Assembly: GCA_963783575.1 (NCBI GenBank)
Contig: CAWAOD010000005.1
Location: 1 to 64,000, forward strand
DNA length: 64,000 bases
Reading direction: 5' to 3'
DNA from: an uncultured Spirochaetota bacterium
Lineage (GTDB): Bacteria > Spirochaetota > Brevinematia > Brevinematales > JAOACQ01
Of the stretch, positions 1 to 9,627 are shown piece after piece. The stretch's first letter is position 1. Every line of letters starts with the position of its first letter. Both the position numbers and the translations under genes were made by a program. The notes beneath the pieces are model-generated. The model worked only from the letters and a program-made list of their open reading frames with translations. It made no database searches and was not told the DNA's origin.

Positions 1-2600
1 AACGCCCAGCCTTTCAGTCGATAAAGAAAAAGGTTTATACAACTGCTTCGGATGCGGAGAGGCCGGGGACGCTTTCGATCTGGTGGAAAAGATGAAAAGC
101 TTCGATTTCAAAGAGGCTTTGAAGTTCCTCAAGGATTGGAAAGCAGCCCTTCGGCTTGGTTTCGTTCTCACCGGTTTCCGCTGATTTACCACTTGAGGCG
201 GAACCTCTTGCTGTTACTGCCCCGGATCAGGGCGGAGCAAAAAACAAACCGCCGGAGAATTCGGCCGGCGCGGTCTTAAATTCTCCGGACGGCGATAGAC
301 TCAAAGGCCTGAACACGGTAAAAAACTATTATCATAAAAGGCTTTTCGACCATCCGGAAGCCCTGAATATCTCAAGAAAAGAGGCTTAACAAACGCGGAA
401 CATTATGAACGCTTTCAGATCGGCTTTGCCGACGGGGGTTTAAACCTTGTCATTGGTGAAAATCAAAAGCAGGCTTTAACCGATGCCGGAATATTAAACG
501 AGAAAGGGCGGGAACATTTCCTGAACTGCCTTATTTTTCCAATCTTTAACGACAACAATCAAACCATCGGTTTTTATGGTCGTGATATTAATGACAGTTC
601 AGGATTCAAACACCGCTATTTAAAAGGGCCACACAGTGGCGTTTTTAATCGTAAAGCTAGTAAAGTCTATGACGAAATAATTTTAACGGAGTGTATTATT
701 GATTGTCTAAGCCTTATTGAAACCGGTTTTGAGAATGTCCAGCCGATCTATGGGACAAATGGATTTACTGAAGAACACTTGCAAACTTTGAAGGCCGACA
801 GGGTTAAAACGTTTATTCTGGCGCTGGATAATGACGAAGCCGGGACGCTTGCCGGTGAAAAGCTGAAAGAAAGCTTTATTAATGAGGGTTTCAAGGTCAA
901 AATTGTTTCTCCTTTCGGCGGTAAAGACTGGAATGAAGCCTTAAAGGCTGGCGCATTGAAAAAAGATGACCTTAAAGTCTTAATTGAACAAGCCGCTATC
1001 TTTGAAGCAGAGAAAGATATTGAAAGTGACGCGTCACACGGCCTGAAGGTTACTCAGGAAGGATTCAGTACTATATTTGCATTTACCGACATTAGCTTAC
1101 AAGGTTTCGGGAGTTAAAGAGATATTTATTACAAGCCTGAGGGTCAATATCAAAGCGGAAACGGAGACGACAGATATTTTGATAACCTTGACCTGTATTC
1201 CGCCAGGTCGAGAACAAATTACAGCTTTCAGGTTTCCCGGATTTTCAGCATAGAACCTAAGCGGATCGAAAAGGATTTGATCACAATCCTTGAATACTTT
1301 GAGGACGAACGCGAGCGGCGGGGCCGCCTGGAAAATGAGAAAAGGATCGAAGACGGAATTAACCGAAAAAGAACGGGAAGCCGGGCTTAATTTCCTGAAA
1401 AGTCCCGGTCTGTTTCAGGAGATCGTCAAAGACATGGAAACATTGGGTTATGTCGGAGAAGACTTAAACAAGCAATTGTTATACCTTTGCGCCAGTTCCC
1501 GGATACTTGACGACCCGATAAGCGTGTTGATTCTTTCTGAGTCGGCTTCAGGAAAGTCCATGCTGGTTGAGACGGTGAAGAAATTAATTCCTTCTGAAGA
1601 TGTTGTCGCCGTTACCTCTCTTTCAGACCAGGCCTTAAACTACATAAAAGACTTAATGCATAAGTTTTTGATTCTCGGTGAAGCTGTTCATTCTGATGTC
1701 ATCGAACACCAGATCAGGGAGATACTTTCAGGTAAAGAACTTTCAAGGCTTGTGACTGTGAAGGACGAGAAAACCGGAAAGATGGAATCAAAGATTGTCA
1801 GAACCCCGGTGATCGTGGCCAGCGTCATGAGTTCGACAGGTTACAGCATAAATCCCGAAAACACATCAAGATGTTTTGTCATTAATACGGATGAATCGAG
1901 GGAACAGACCCGGAAAATCCATGAGATACAACGGCAGAAATATACATTATCCCGCCATTTTGAAAAAGCTTCAGTAATTCCCGAAATCATTAAAAAACAT
2001 CAAGCCGCTCAAAGGTTACTGCGTAAGATGCTTGTCGTCAATACCTTCGGCGGTTTCCTGAACTTTCCAGACAATCTGATGAGAACACGCCGGGATAATG
2101 ACCGCTTTCTTGACCTTATCGCCTGCGTTTGTTTTCTCCGGCAGTATCAAAAGCCCGTCAAATGGGAAGGGCTGACGGAATTTATCGAGTGCGATATTGA
2201 CGACTACCGGATAGCTTACAACATAATGATTAACGGCATACTGGCTTCCACAATGCTGGAAATGTCAAAGAGCGCCCTGGAGCTTTATGAGGCTTTAAGG
2301 GATATGGCCGTAAAATTATCAAAGAAAAGCAATCTGAAACCCAATGAAGTGAATTTTACACAAAGGGAAATCCGGGAAAATACCGGCTTTGGCCAGAGCT
2401 GGATAAAGCAAAACTTAAGGGTGCTGGTTGACTTTGAATATATTTCTATCCAGAGAGGCGGGGGAGAAAGGACGAAAGGCTTTTACCGTATAAGGGAGGA
2501 TGAAGAAATCAGGAAACTTAACCTTTCAATGATCCCGACGCCGGAAGAAATACAGGAAAAGATAAAAAATACAGATTCTAAAACTGGGCAAACTGGGTAA
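1..2600 (+). pseudogene. Primase-ATPase fusion, copy 1, frameshifted and 5'-truncated by the window
   Basis: Frame from nt 2 reads TPSLSVDKEKGLYNCFGCG (CHC2 zinc finger). ORFs 156-389, 779-1117 and 1290-2600 match successive parts of the intact 11481-14207 protein. Indels near ~150, ~363, ~1097 and ~1160 could be sequencing errors. Confidence 0.8.
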
Positions 2601-2670
2601 AACTGGTCATTGTCCAGTTTATAGCTGTAAAACCAATATTATCAAGCTTTCTTAAAACTGGGCACAGTTT
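2579..2670 (+). repeat. AAACTGG(G) direct and inverted repeats, putative replication origin/iterons, copy 1
   Basis: aaactgggca aactgggtaa aactggtca ... ccagttt ... aaaactgggcacagttt, overlapping the primase stop codon. Confidence 0.6.
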
Positions 2671-2714
2671 CCGGGAGGGAAAGGCCGGAAAAAAGAGACG
2701 AAGGAGAAAACAAA

Positions 2715-3974
2715 ATGTCTATAGAAAACTTAATTCAGGACTTTCTATCTTACTACAAAATACGGGGTTTTAAACATCAGGGCTTGATCGTCAAAAAGAA
2801 CGCCCTGCTTTTGTTTACGGCTTACCTCCGGGAAAAGCTGAATATTACAGAACCAGAAGGCTTGAGAAGCCTGACGAAAGAAAAGTTTGAAACTTTCGCC
2901 GATTATCTCAAAACCAAATTTCTTAGTAAAGACACAATCCGTACTTATGGCCAGGTCGCTAAATGTTTTCTAATGCGGAATGATCTTCTGCCGACTGGCA
3001 CGGGCTGGGGCAAGGCGAAGAAGGACTTACTCACCGGCCTGCCGGAGGAAATGATTTCCGTTTACTTTGAATACGTTGAAAAGCGGAAGAATGAAGGATA
3101 TCCCGCTTCAACAACCGGCAGGCTAGCGGAACATGCCCGGAACTTTTTGAAGTATCTTGTCTTTGAACGGAATGTTACAAGGTTTATTGACTTAAGAAAA
3201 GACGATGTAAAAGACTATGTTAAATACCTTGCCGATCAAACAGACATTGAAGGAAACCGCCTTTACGCTCCTTCTACCTTGCGGCAGAAAACCAACCTTG
3301 TCAAACCGTTCCTTATTTTTCTATCGAAGAAAGGGCTTTGCGGTGGGTTTTCCGGGCAGATGGGAAGCGTCAGGGCTGAAGACAAGGTTTCAAGAAATAT
3401 CCTGAACCGCAAGGAAGTTGTCAAGCTGTTTAACGTGAAGGCCGAAACCCCGCTTGAGTTTATGCTCAAAACAATTCAGGTAGTTTTGTATTCCTCCGGC
3501 GTGCGGATCGGAGAGCTTCTGGCTCTTAAGATTGAGGACATTAATTTTGAGGATCAGGAAGCCGTAATATTTGAGGCAAAGACGAACAATGAAAGGATTG
3601 TCCAGCTTGGCGATGTCGGCACGGCCTACCTGAAGCTTTTTATCGATAATGTCCGGCCTAATATCTGTCGTGGCTTTGTAGAAGGCACTCGTGCCTTTCC
3701 ATCGGCTTACGAAGGGAAAAACCCATGCAATGAAACCGTAAACCGGTATTTATCGAAAGCATGTACAAAAGCCGGTATCAAAAAGAAGATTACCTGTCAT
3801 TGCTTCCGGCATTCCTACGGAAGTCATTTACTTGAAAACGGGGCGGGAATCAAACAGGTTTCCGATCTGTTAGGCCATGAAAAGCTGGCCACAACGGAAA
3901 GATATACAAAGCTTTCACCGGAGCATCTCAGATTGACGCTTCTCAAGTATCATCCGAGGGAGTCATTAAAATGA
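2715..3974 (+). CDS. Tyrosine recombinase A (XerC/D-like, extended N-terminus)
   Basis: Catalytic motifs SSGVRIGEL, HCFRH, LLGH, TTERY; RBS aaggag upstream. Confidence 0.95.
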   Translation: MSIENLIQDFLSYYKIRGFKHQGLIVKKNALLLFTAYLREKLNITEPEGLRSLTKEKFETFADYLKTKFLSKDTIRTYGQVAKCFLMRNDLLPTGTGWGKAKKDLLTGLPEEMISVYFEYVEKRKNEGYPASTTGRLAEHARNFLKYLVFERNVTRFIDLRKDDVKDYVKYLADQTDIEGNRLYAPSTLRQKTNLVKPFLIFLSKKGLCGGFSGQMGSVRAEDKVSRNILNRKEVVKLFNVKAETPLEFMLKTIQVVLYSSGVRIGELLALKIEDINFEDQEAVIFEAKTNNERIVQLGDVGTAYLKLFIDNVRPNICRGFVEGTRAFPSAYEGKNPCNETVNRYLSKACTKAGIKKKITCHCFRHSYGSHLLENGAGIKQVSDLLGHEKLATTERYTKLSPEHLRLTLLKYHPRESLK

Positions 3975-4987
3975 ACGAACTCAAGATTGAAACCGTTAAA
4001 ACAATCGTTTCCGAAATCCTTACCAGCCGGAATTATTCGCCAGCCTCAATTGACAGTATGATCCGTATCCTGAAACGCTTCAATAATTATCTTGAGAGCT
4101 TGAAGAGGATGCATTCCATTGACTACCGGGACGTGAGGGAAAGCGATCTTTACGGATTTATGGAATATCTTGAGAAAGACTCTAAAAGAGGCATAAAAAA
4201 AGAAACTGTCCAAAACAACGCTTTGGCCATGAAGCGTCTTTTTCAAATACTTGAAAGAGAGGATAAAATACTTCAAAATCCATTCGGCGATGTTGAGATG
4301 AAAGGAAAGCGGCATAACATCCGGGATAAGGTGCTTTCCGAAAAAGAAATGAGGGACTTTATTGACGCTGTACCGGTCGATAATCCACTTGACTTCCGGA
4401 ACCGGACAATATTAGAACTTCTATACGGTACAGGCATAAGAGCAAGGGAACTCTGCAACCTTGAATTAACCGATATATTTCTGGATGAAAAAATGATTTT
4501 TATCCGAAACGGAAAAGGCAAGAAAGACAGAATCCTTCCGCTTGGAGAAACGCCGGTAAAATACCTTGCGGAATACATTAAAAAGATCAGGCCGAAATAC
4601 TCCCGGCTTCCCCGAAAGAAAGACCAGTCAAGGAAGTTGTTTCTGGGTAGTTTCGGGAAGTCTCTTTCAACCGGCGGACTCTCCGGGATTATCCGAAAGA
4701 TCAAGGAAGCCCAGGGAATTACAAAACCGGTTTACCCTCATATCATCCGTCATTCTTTCGCTACTCACCTTTTAAATGCCGGGGCGGATATCAGAGAAGT
4801 CCAGCTTCTTTTAGGGCATACAAGCCTTGACTCCACACAGATTTATTTGAACCTTTCGACTGCTTACTTGAAGGAAATTTACAGGAAATACCACCCGCTG
4901 GAAAACGAATTGTATTTTGATGTGTTATCGAGAGAAAGCCATATTTTTGAATGGAATAAATTTGATAAAAGCGGAGAAAAAAGGTAA
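3971..4987 (+). CDS. Tyrosine recombinase B (XerC/D-like)
   Basis: TGIRAREL, GKGKKDR, HIIRHSFATHLL, LLGH, TQIY; overlaps the stop of recombinase A. Confidence 0.95.
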   Translation: MNELKIETVKTIVSEILTSRNYSPASIDSMIRILKRFNNYLESLKRMHSIDYRDVRESDLYGFMEYLEKDSKRGIKKETVQNNALAMKRLFQILEREDKILQNPFGDVEMKGKRHNIRDKVLSEKEMRDFIDAVPVDNPLDFRNRTILELLYGTGIRARELCNLELTDIFLDEKMIFIRNGKGKKDRILPLGETPVKYLAEYIKKIRPKYSRLPRKKDQSRKLFLGSFGKSLSTGGLSGIIRKIKEAQGITKPVYPHIIRHSFATHLLNAGADIREVQLLLGHTSLDSTQIYLNLSTAYLKEIYRKYHPLENELYFDVLSRESHIFEWNKFDKSGEKR

Positions 4988-5009
4988 TATCTATATGGAG
5001 AAAACAATA

Positions 5010-5519
5010 ATGGAAAAAGAAAAAGTTTATCTGGATTCAACGATTCCGAGCTATATTGTTTCGCAGTTAAGCCGTGATTTTATCACGCTTTACCGTCAGG
5101 AAATGTCTATTATGTGGTGGGAAAAAGAGAGAAAAAGCTATGATTTGTATATCTCTGAAGTTGTGCTGGATGAGATTAAGGCCGGAGACTTGTTTTATTC
5201 TCAAAAACGGCTGGAATTGGTACGCAATTTAAAGGTTCTTGAATACAAGCCGGAGATTAAAGAAACAGCTTGGAAGTATATGGAATATTTTAATTTTTCA
5301 GAAAAACTTTTTGGCGATATGTATCACATTGCTTATTCAGTCCATTACAAAATGGGCTGTCTGCTGACATGGAATTTTTCACATCTGGCTAATGCTCAAA
5401 TTCGTGTGAGGCTTGAAAAATATAATGAGAAACTAGGCTTTGCAACACCGCAGATCGTCACGCCGGAAGAATTGAGAGAATTTAATCCATGGGAGGATAG
5501 CGAAGATGAAATCTATTGA
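5010..5519 (+). CDS. PIN-domain (VapC-like) toxin
   Basis: VYLDSTIPS, ISEVVLDE, D-x-x-H, LLTWNFSH. Start moved from 4917 to ATG 5010, which has a ggag RBS. Confidence 0.8.
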   Translation: MEKEKVYLDSTIPSYIVSQLSRDFITLYRQEMSIMWWEKERKSYDLYISEVVLDEIKAGDLFYSQKRLELVRNLKVLEYKPEIKETAWKYMEYFNFSEKLFGDMYHIAYSVHYKMGCLLTWNFSHLANAQIRVRLEKYNEKLGFATPQIVTPEELREFNPWEDSEDEIY

Positions 5520-5694
5520 TCCGATTGTAGAAGAAATGACGAATGCCGGGAAGAAAATACAGGAAGAATGCGGAAACGATTGGGATAAATTTGCTGAAAG
5601 GATTCAGGAGAATGAAAAGAAACTGAAAGCCGAAGGCTGGAAATTTGTCTCGGAAGTACCGGAACACAAAGAAGAAACGCCGGTTGCCTGTTAA
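5506..5694 (+). CDS. Small protein, putative partner/antitoxin of the PIN toxin
   Basis: 62 aa, overlaps the PIN gene stop, DPIVEE motif, homologue present in all three copies. Confidence 0.6.
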   Translation: MKSIDPIVEEMTNAGKKIQEECGNDWDKFAERIQENEKKLKAEGWKFVSEVPEHKEETPVAC

Positions 5695-5711
5695 TTTAAA
5701 GGAGACATGGC

Positions 5712-5966
5712 ATGTTTACATTGGTTAAATCGAAGCCGGTAGCAATGTCGGCGCGAGCTATAGATGTTAAGGTTACGAAAGAGGAATTGACGGTATTTCT
5801 TGAAGACGGCCGCGTGGTTTCCGCGCCGTTGGAATGGTTTCCACGATTAAGGAATGCTTCGGAAATCGAATTGAGCGAATGGGAATTTATCGGCGGCGGG
5901 ATCGGAATACATTGGGAATCTATAGATGAAGATATTTCCGTTAAAGGTTTGCTGGAAGCTGAATAG
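5712..5966 (+). CDS. DUF2442-like small protein (TA-associated)
   Basis: LEDGRVVSAPLEWFPRL...GIHWESIDEDISVKGLL; RBS aaggag. Confidence 0.8.
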   Translation: MFTLVKSKPVAMSARAIDVKVTKEELTVFLEDGRVVSAPLEWFPRLRNASEIELSEWEFIGGGIGIHWESIDEDISVKGLLEAE

Positions 5967-6045
5967 CATAAATTTCTGGTAAGTAAAAGGTTATAGGTCG
6001 TAAAAGCGGCATGAAAGGCCGTCTTTATTAAGTTTTGCTGCTCTG

Positions 6046-6888
6046 CATGGGTTTAGAGGGAATAGACCCCCCAGTTCTCCACAGGAGAATACACCATTGC
6101 AACTTTCATCTAAATTAACTGATAGAATTATTAGTGCAAATGGTATACCTCTGAACCCTGAAGAAGATTCAGCAAGCGCTACGATGTATGGTAAAACGTT
6201 GAACACTGTAAAAAGTATATATACTGTAAATATGAACGATTCGAATGCAGGAGAAGAAATAAAAACGGATGTAATTGCACAATTAAAGAACAACAAAATA
6301 GATCCATCTACAGGTAATCCCTATGTTATGATAAATGGAGTAAAAATAGAGTTTGATAAAAATCAATTGTCAAACATAGGCTTTGATGAAAATAATATGC
6401 AAGTAGCAATTGGGGGAAATACAAATCTTGTTTATGCAGTAGAGTACAGTGAACCTGAAACCTTTAAAGCATTAGTAGAATTTGCGGCTGCAAACCCAAC
6501 CCAAAACGGAGAACCAATTACAGTAGCAAGTATGTGGAGGCCACAAGTATCAGATAGAGCACACTTTGAAGGCAGAGCTGTTGACTTTGATAGTTTTTCT
6601 TCAGGTACTAAAGTAAATGCAGCTGAATCGGGAACAGTAAAATTGGCAGCACTTGGTGCTCCGGCTAATCATTATTCGGGCTATGGCTACTCTGTGGTAA
6701 TAAAGGGCAGTGACGGAACAGAGTATTTATATGCTCATAATCAAGAAAGCTCTTTCCAAGTTCAAAATGGAGCAACAGTTAATACAGGCAATTATATTTC
6801 GCAATCTGGTAGTTCGGGTCTGACATTTGGTAATCCTCATGTGCACTTTGAAGTAATAACACCTAATAATTCAATATATATACGATAA
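6046..6888 (+). CDS. Toxin-tip-like ORF 1: zinc metallopeptidase with M23-like C-terminal domain; true start uncertain
   Basis: SMWR...HFEGRAVD, then AAESGTV, GYGYSVVI, YLYAH, SGSSG and PHVHFEV. The frame is open upstream of the called TTG (6097) through the conserved junction HGFRGNRPPSSPQENTP. Confidence 0.7.
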   Translation, partial: HGFRGNRPPSSPQENTPLQLSSKLTDRIISANGIPLNPEEDSASATMYGKTLNTVKSIYTVNMNDSNAGEEIKTDVIAQLKNNKIDPSTGNPYVMINGVKIEFDKNQLSNIGFDENNMQVAIGGNTNLVYAVEYSEPETFKALVEFAAANPTQNGEPITVASMWRPQVSDRAHFEGRAVDFDSFSSGTKVNAAESGTVKLAALGAPANHYSGYGYSVVIKGSDGTEYLYAHNQESSFQVQNGATVNTGNYISQSGSSGLTFGNPHVHFEVITPNNSIYIR

Positions 6889-6903
6889 AGGCAGGTAATA
6901 AAT

Positions 6904-7875
6904 ATGAAATTAAAAAAGAATTTTGTGATAATGTTATTTATATTGATCATATCTAACGGACTTGCTTGGACGTCTGAACCAGAAAACCAACTGACAAATG
7001 AGTATTTTATCATTGGAACAAACGTTATGCTTAATGAGGTTCCGGATACTGGAGCAAAAGGGATTTTGTTGATGAATGAGTTTGATAAAGTTATGTTATC
7101 AGCTTCAAAGCCTGTAAATGACAACTATAATGTAATATTGAACGGAACAAACGGATGGGTTGATGTTTTCAATGTATCTTTGATACCCACAGATTGGATA
7201 AAGTTTAATAAAATAGATGAATTAATTTTATATTTTCCTAAAAATTTTAATTTTACATTTCATGAAAGTGAAAAGACAACAAATCGAAATAAAGATGGTT
7301 CAAAAGCAATTGAATATAAAATAGGTAATGATAATTTTTTGCTGGATATAAATTATATTTCAAACAAGACTTTTGAAAGTGAAGACAAGGCAACAATGAA
7401 TTATTATGGAATTAATGGATATTTTTATTCAGATTATAGTGCAGAAAATGGTAATAAGTTATTTGAATTAATGTTAGTAAATGAAATAAAAAAAGAATAT
7501 TATCAATTGGATTACTATTTTTCATCGGATAAACCTACCTATGAAGAAGAACTTACAGCAAAAAAAATATTATTTTCTGTTCGTATCAAAGACACAAACA
7601 AGTCAAGCGAGAAGCCATCCTCAGAATCAACAAGCTCCATATGCACCCTCACAGGCGACAATGTAAACGTGCGGGCGGAAGCGGCGACGAACGGAGCGGT
7701 GCTGGTAAAGCTCTCCAGGGGAGCGATTGTGACACTTTTGAAGCGGTCGGATATGGCTTTGACGGTGGGGGACAAGAAGGGGTTTTGGGCGTACATCGAT
7801 ACCCAGGTAACCAATAAGGATGGGGAGACGGTGAAGGGGTGGGTGTTTGATTATTATTTGAAACCGCTTGAGTAA
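6904..7875 (+). CDS. Secreted SH3-domain protein, putative immunity protein 1
   Basis: N-terminal signal peptide; SH3b-like GTNVMLNEVP..GWV and GDNVNVRAE..GWVFDYYL; directly follows the toxin ORF. Confidence 0.7.
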   Translation: MKLKKNFVIMLFILIISNGLAWTSEPENQLTNEYFIIGTNVMLNEVPDTGAKGILLMNEFDKVMLSASKPVNDNYNVILNGTNGWVDVFNVSLIPTDWIKFNKIDELILYFPKNFNFTFHESEKTTNRNKDGSKAIEYKIGNDNFLLDINYISNKTFESEDKATMNYYGINGYFYSDYSAENGNKLFELMLVNEIKKEYYQLDYYFSSDKPTYEEELTAKKILFSVRIKDTNKSSEKPSSESTSSICTLTGDNVNVRAEAATNGAVLVKLSRGAIVTLLKRSDMALTVGDKKGFWAYIDTQVTNKDGETVKGWVFDYYLKPLE

Positions 7876-8100
7876 AGAGGCTGTAACGGAAGCTTGCCGT
7901 TCAAAACTGTCTTTATGTAATTTGGCAAACTATCGCCTACTTTGCGATAAACGCCATTGAAACGGCGTCTATCTGGAAAGTAGGCGAAATTTGACGTGGG
8001 GTGCAGAGACTTCGACACGTGAGCATGCCGCGCCTGCCCGGCGAAAGTAATCTATTCTGCGGAAGTTTTCGGCGGGCGCCCGGATCAGGATGATGAAAGA

Positions 8101-8147
8101 AGCAGGTAAAATACCTTATTTTGGAGGTGATTTTACCTGCTTTTTTT
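8101..8147 (+). terminator. Rho-independent terminator
   Basis: Stem agcaggtaaaat...attttacctgct followed by a T run. Confidence 0.6.
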
Positions 8148-8730
8148 GTTGTGTGAACCTCACGGCCACGATTATTATACCGCTAAATCCGGAATTATCA
8201 AGGTCAAGCTCCCGCTGGTCGTGATCGCTGATGCGATCAACCTTGACAATTCCGGCTTTCGCTGGTTATGTGGTTATGGCCGTTCGGGGAAAATGTTATA
8301 ATTATAATCCCCGAAACCCTAATGACAGCGACCGGCGAGGATGGGAAAAAACAAGGGCAAAATGGGAAAAATACTACCCGACAGGGTGGAGATTTTTTTC
8401 ATTTTGGCGAAGCGAACCCTTGAACGACAGCGGTTTTTTCCTGTCCGGAGCGGTAAAATACACGAGGGTTGAGGGGTTCAAGAACCGGATCCGGAAAAAG
8501 TTAGATCTAGAAATTTCGATTTTTGATAACCGGGATCCGGAGCCCCGGAAGGTGATATCTAAACGGCAATATTTACAGCCGGGGCGGTGGGAGGGTGTGG
8601 AGGGTGCGGAAAGCTTGATAAGATGCGCCAGCCCGGTTTTTCCGGTGTGCCGCCGCCGAACGTTTGGCATAGACCCTGATGATAAAGGAACCGGTGATAA
8701 TAAAGTTTTAAAGTTTAAGTTAATATGACA

Positions 8731-8890
8731 ACTTAACATAATTTAGCCTTATGGGCAGGCGTTTGAACTATTGAGCCGTTTAATTATCGTAAAAACTCGA
8801 TTCAAGACTTTCAGAAGTATTTTTAAATGACGGGTTTAAAAAAAGCGCGATTGAAACGCTTGCTTGACGATAAGGCAAATTATGTAAAAG
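8731..8890. other. Inverted pair of dif-like (Xer-type) sites
   Basis: acttaacataa-tttagcc-ttatgggcagg (8731-8759) and cttgacgataa-ggcaaa-ttatgtaaaag (8863-8890). Compare E. coli dif GGTGCGCATAA-TGTATA-TTATGTTAAAT. Confidence 0.75.
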
Positions 8891-9029
8891 GCGGCCGGAA
8901 AAACAGACTTGCCGCCGAATGCCTGGGCGTCATCTCCGTCTAGCTAGCCCAGGCGTGAGAAGGCAAGAGAAACGGCACGGGATATCTAAACGGCAATGAT
9001 TATAGGAATTGGGGGGATAACTCAGTTTA

Positions 9030-9440
9030 TTATTTTGTAATGACTTCAATTTCTTCAATTCTCTTAAAATCATCAACGTTAATGGTTACAAGCTTATTAA
9101 TTCCGCCAGCCAGCATAATGGAAACAATTTCAAAGTCATAAACCCGGTTACCTATTGGTTTATACTTTAATACAAGGTCGTTAAATATTTCTGTGCTGAA
9201 AGAATCCGGGTAAACGATTTGGAACCGTAAAGGAATCTTTTCCAATTCATTTTCAATGATCTCGTAAAGGCCAAGTTTGGACATAACACAGGTAAATTCA
9301 GTGATCGATTTACTGGCGAAGTAGATATATCCAGGATTATGTTCAATGATTTCTCTGGAGTATTCAAAAAATTCTGATTTTTTATTGAACGAGTAAACAA
9401 GGATATTGGTGTCAATAAAAAAATAGCTATCAATCTTCAT
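9030..9440 (-). CDS. PIN-domain (VapC-like) toxin
   Basis: FFIDTNILVY...VYDFEIVSIM...VTINVDDF. Start moved to ATG 9440, which overlaps the antitoxin stop. Confidence 0.85.
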   Translation of the reverse strand: MKIDSYFFIDTNILVYSFNKKSEFFEYSREIIEHNPGYIYFASKSITEFTCVMSKLGLYEIIENELEKIPLRFQIVYPDSFSTEIFNDLVLKYKPIGNRVYDFEIVSIMLAGGINKLVTINVDDFKRIEEIEVITK

Positions 9441-9627
9441 GGGCAAAATCCCTGATGTTAATTTTGTCCAGGTCTTTGCTGAATTCATAGACGCCAAAGT
9501 CAGAAGTTTGCTTTTTATCCTTCTCAGTTACAATCCAGACTTTGATTTTAGTATTATCTTTGAGCGGAATCGGTTTATTTATTTCAATATGTCCTTTATG
9601 ATAGACACCATCGATTAATTGATGCAT
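9430..9627 (-). CDS. Putative antitoxin (AF2212/DUF104-like)
   Basis: IDGVYHKGHIEINKPIPL, 65 aa, coupled upstream of the PIN gene. Confidence 0.7.
   Translation of the reverse strand: MHQLIDGVYHKGHIEINKPIPLKDNTKIKVWIVTEKDKKQTSDFGVYEFSKDLDKINIRDFAHED

Larger units (their letters stand above)
1..8730 (+). mobile_element. Integrative element copy 1 (5' part outside window; boundaries approximate)
   Basis: Primase-ATPase, two tyrosine recombinases, TA genes and a toxin/immunity cassette. About 1350-6090 is near-identical to copy 2 at a fixed offset of 11607 bp (2715/14322, 3971/15578, 5712/17319). Confidence 0.8.

Noticed and set aside
2715..4987. Chromosomal xerC/xerD or an integron integrase
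   Set aside because: The pair is repeated three times inside mobile units. No IntI-specific insertion or attC cassette array was recognised.
8231..8739. ORFs 8231-8728 (+) and 8374-8739 (-)
   Set aside because: They overlap the hairpin/att region, have no recognisable motifs and are not conserved as ORFs in the homologous region near 24.5 kb.
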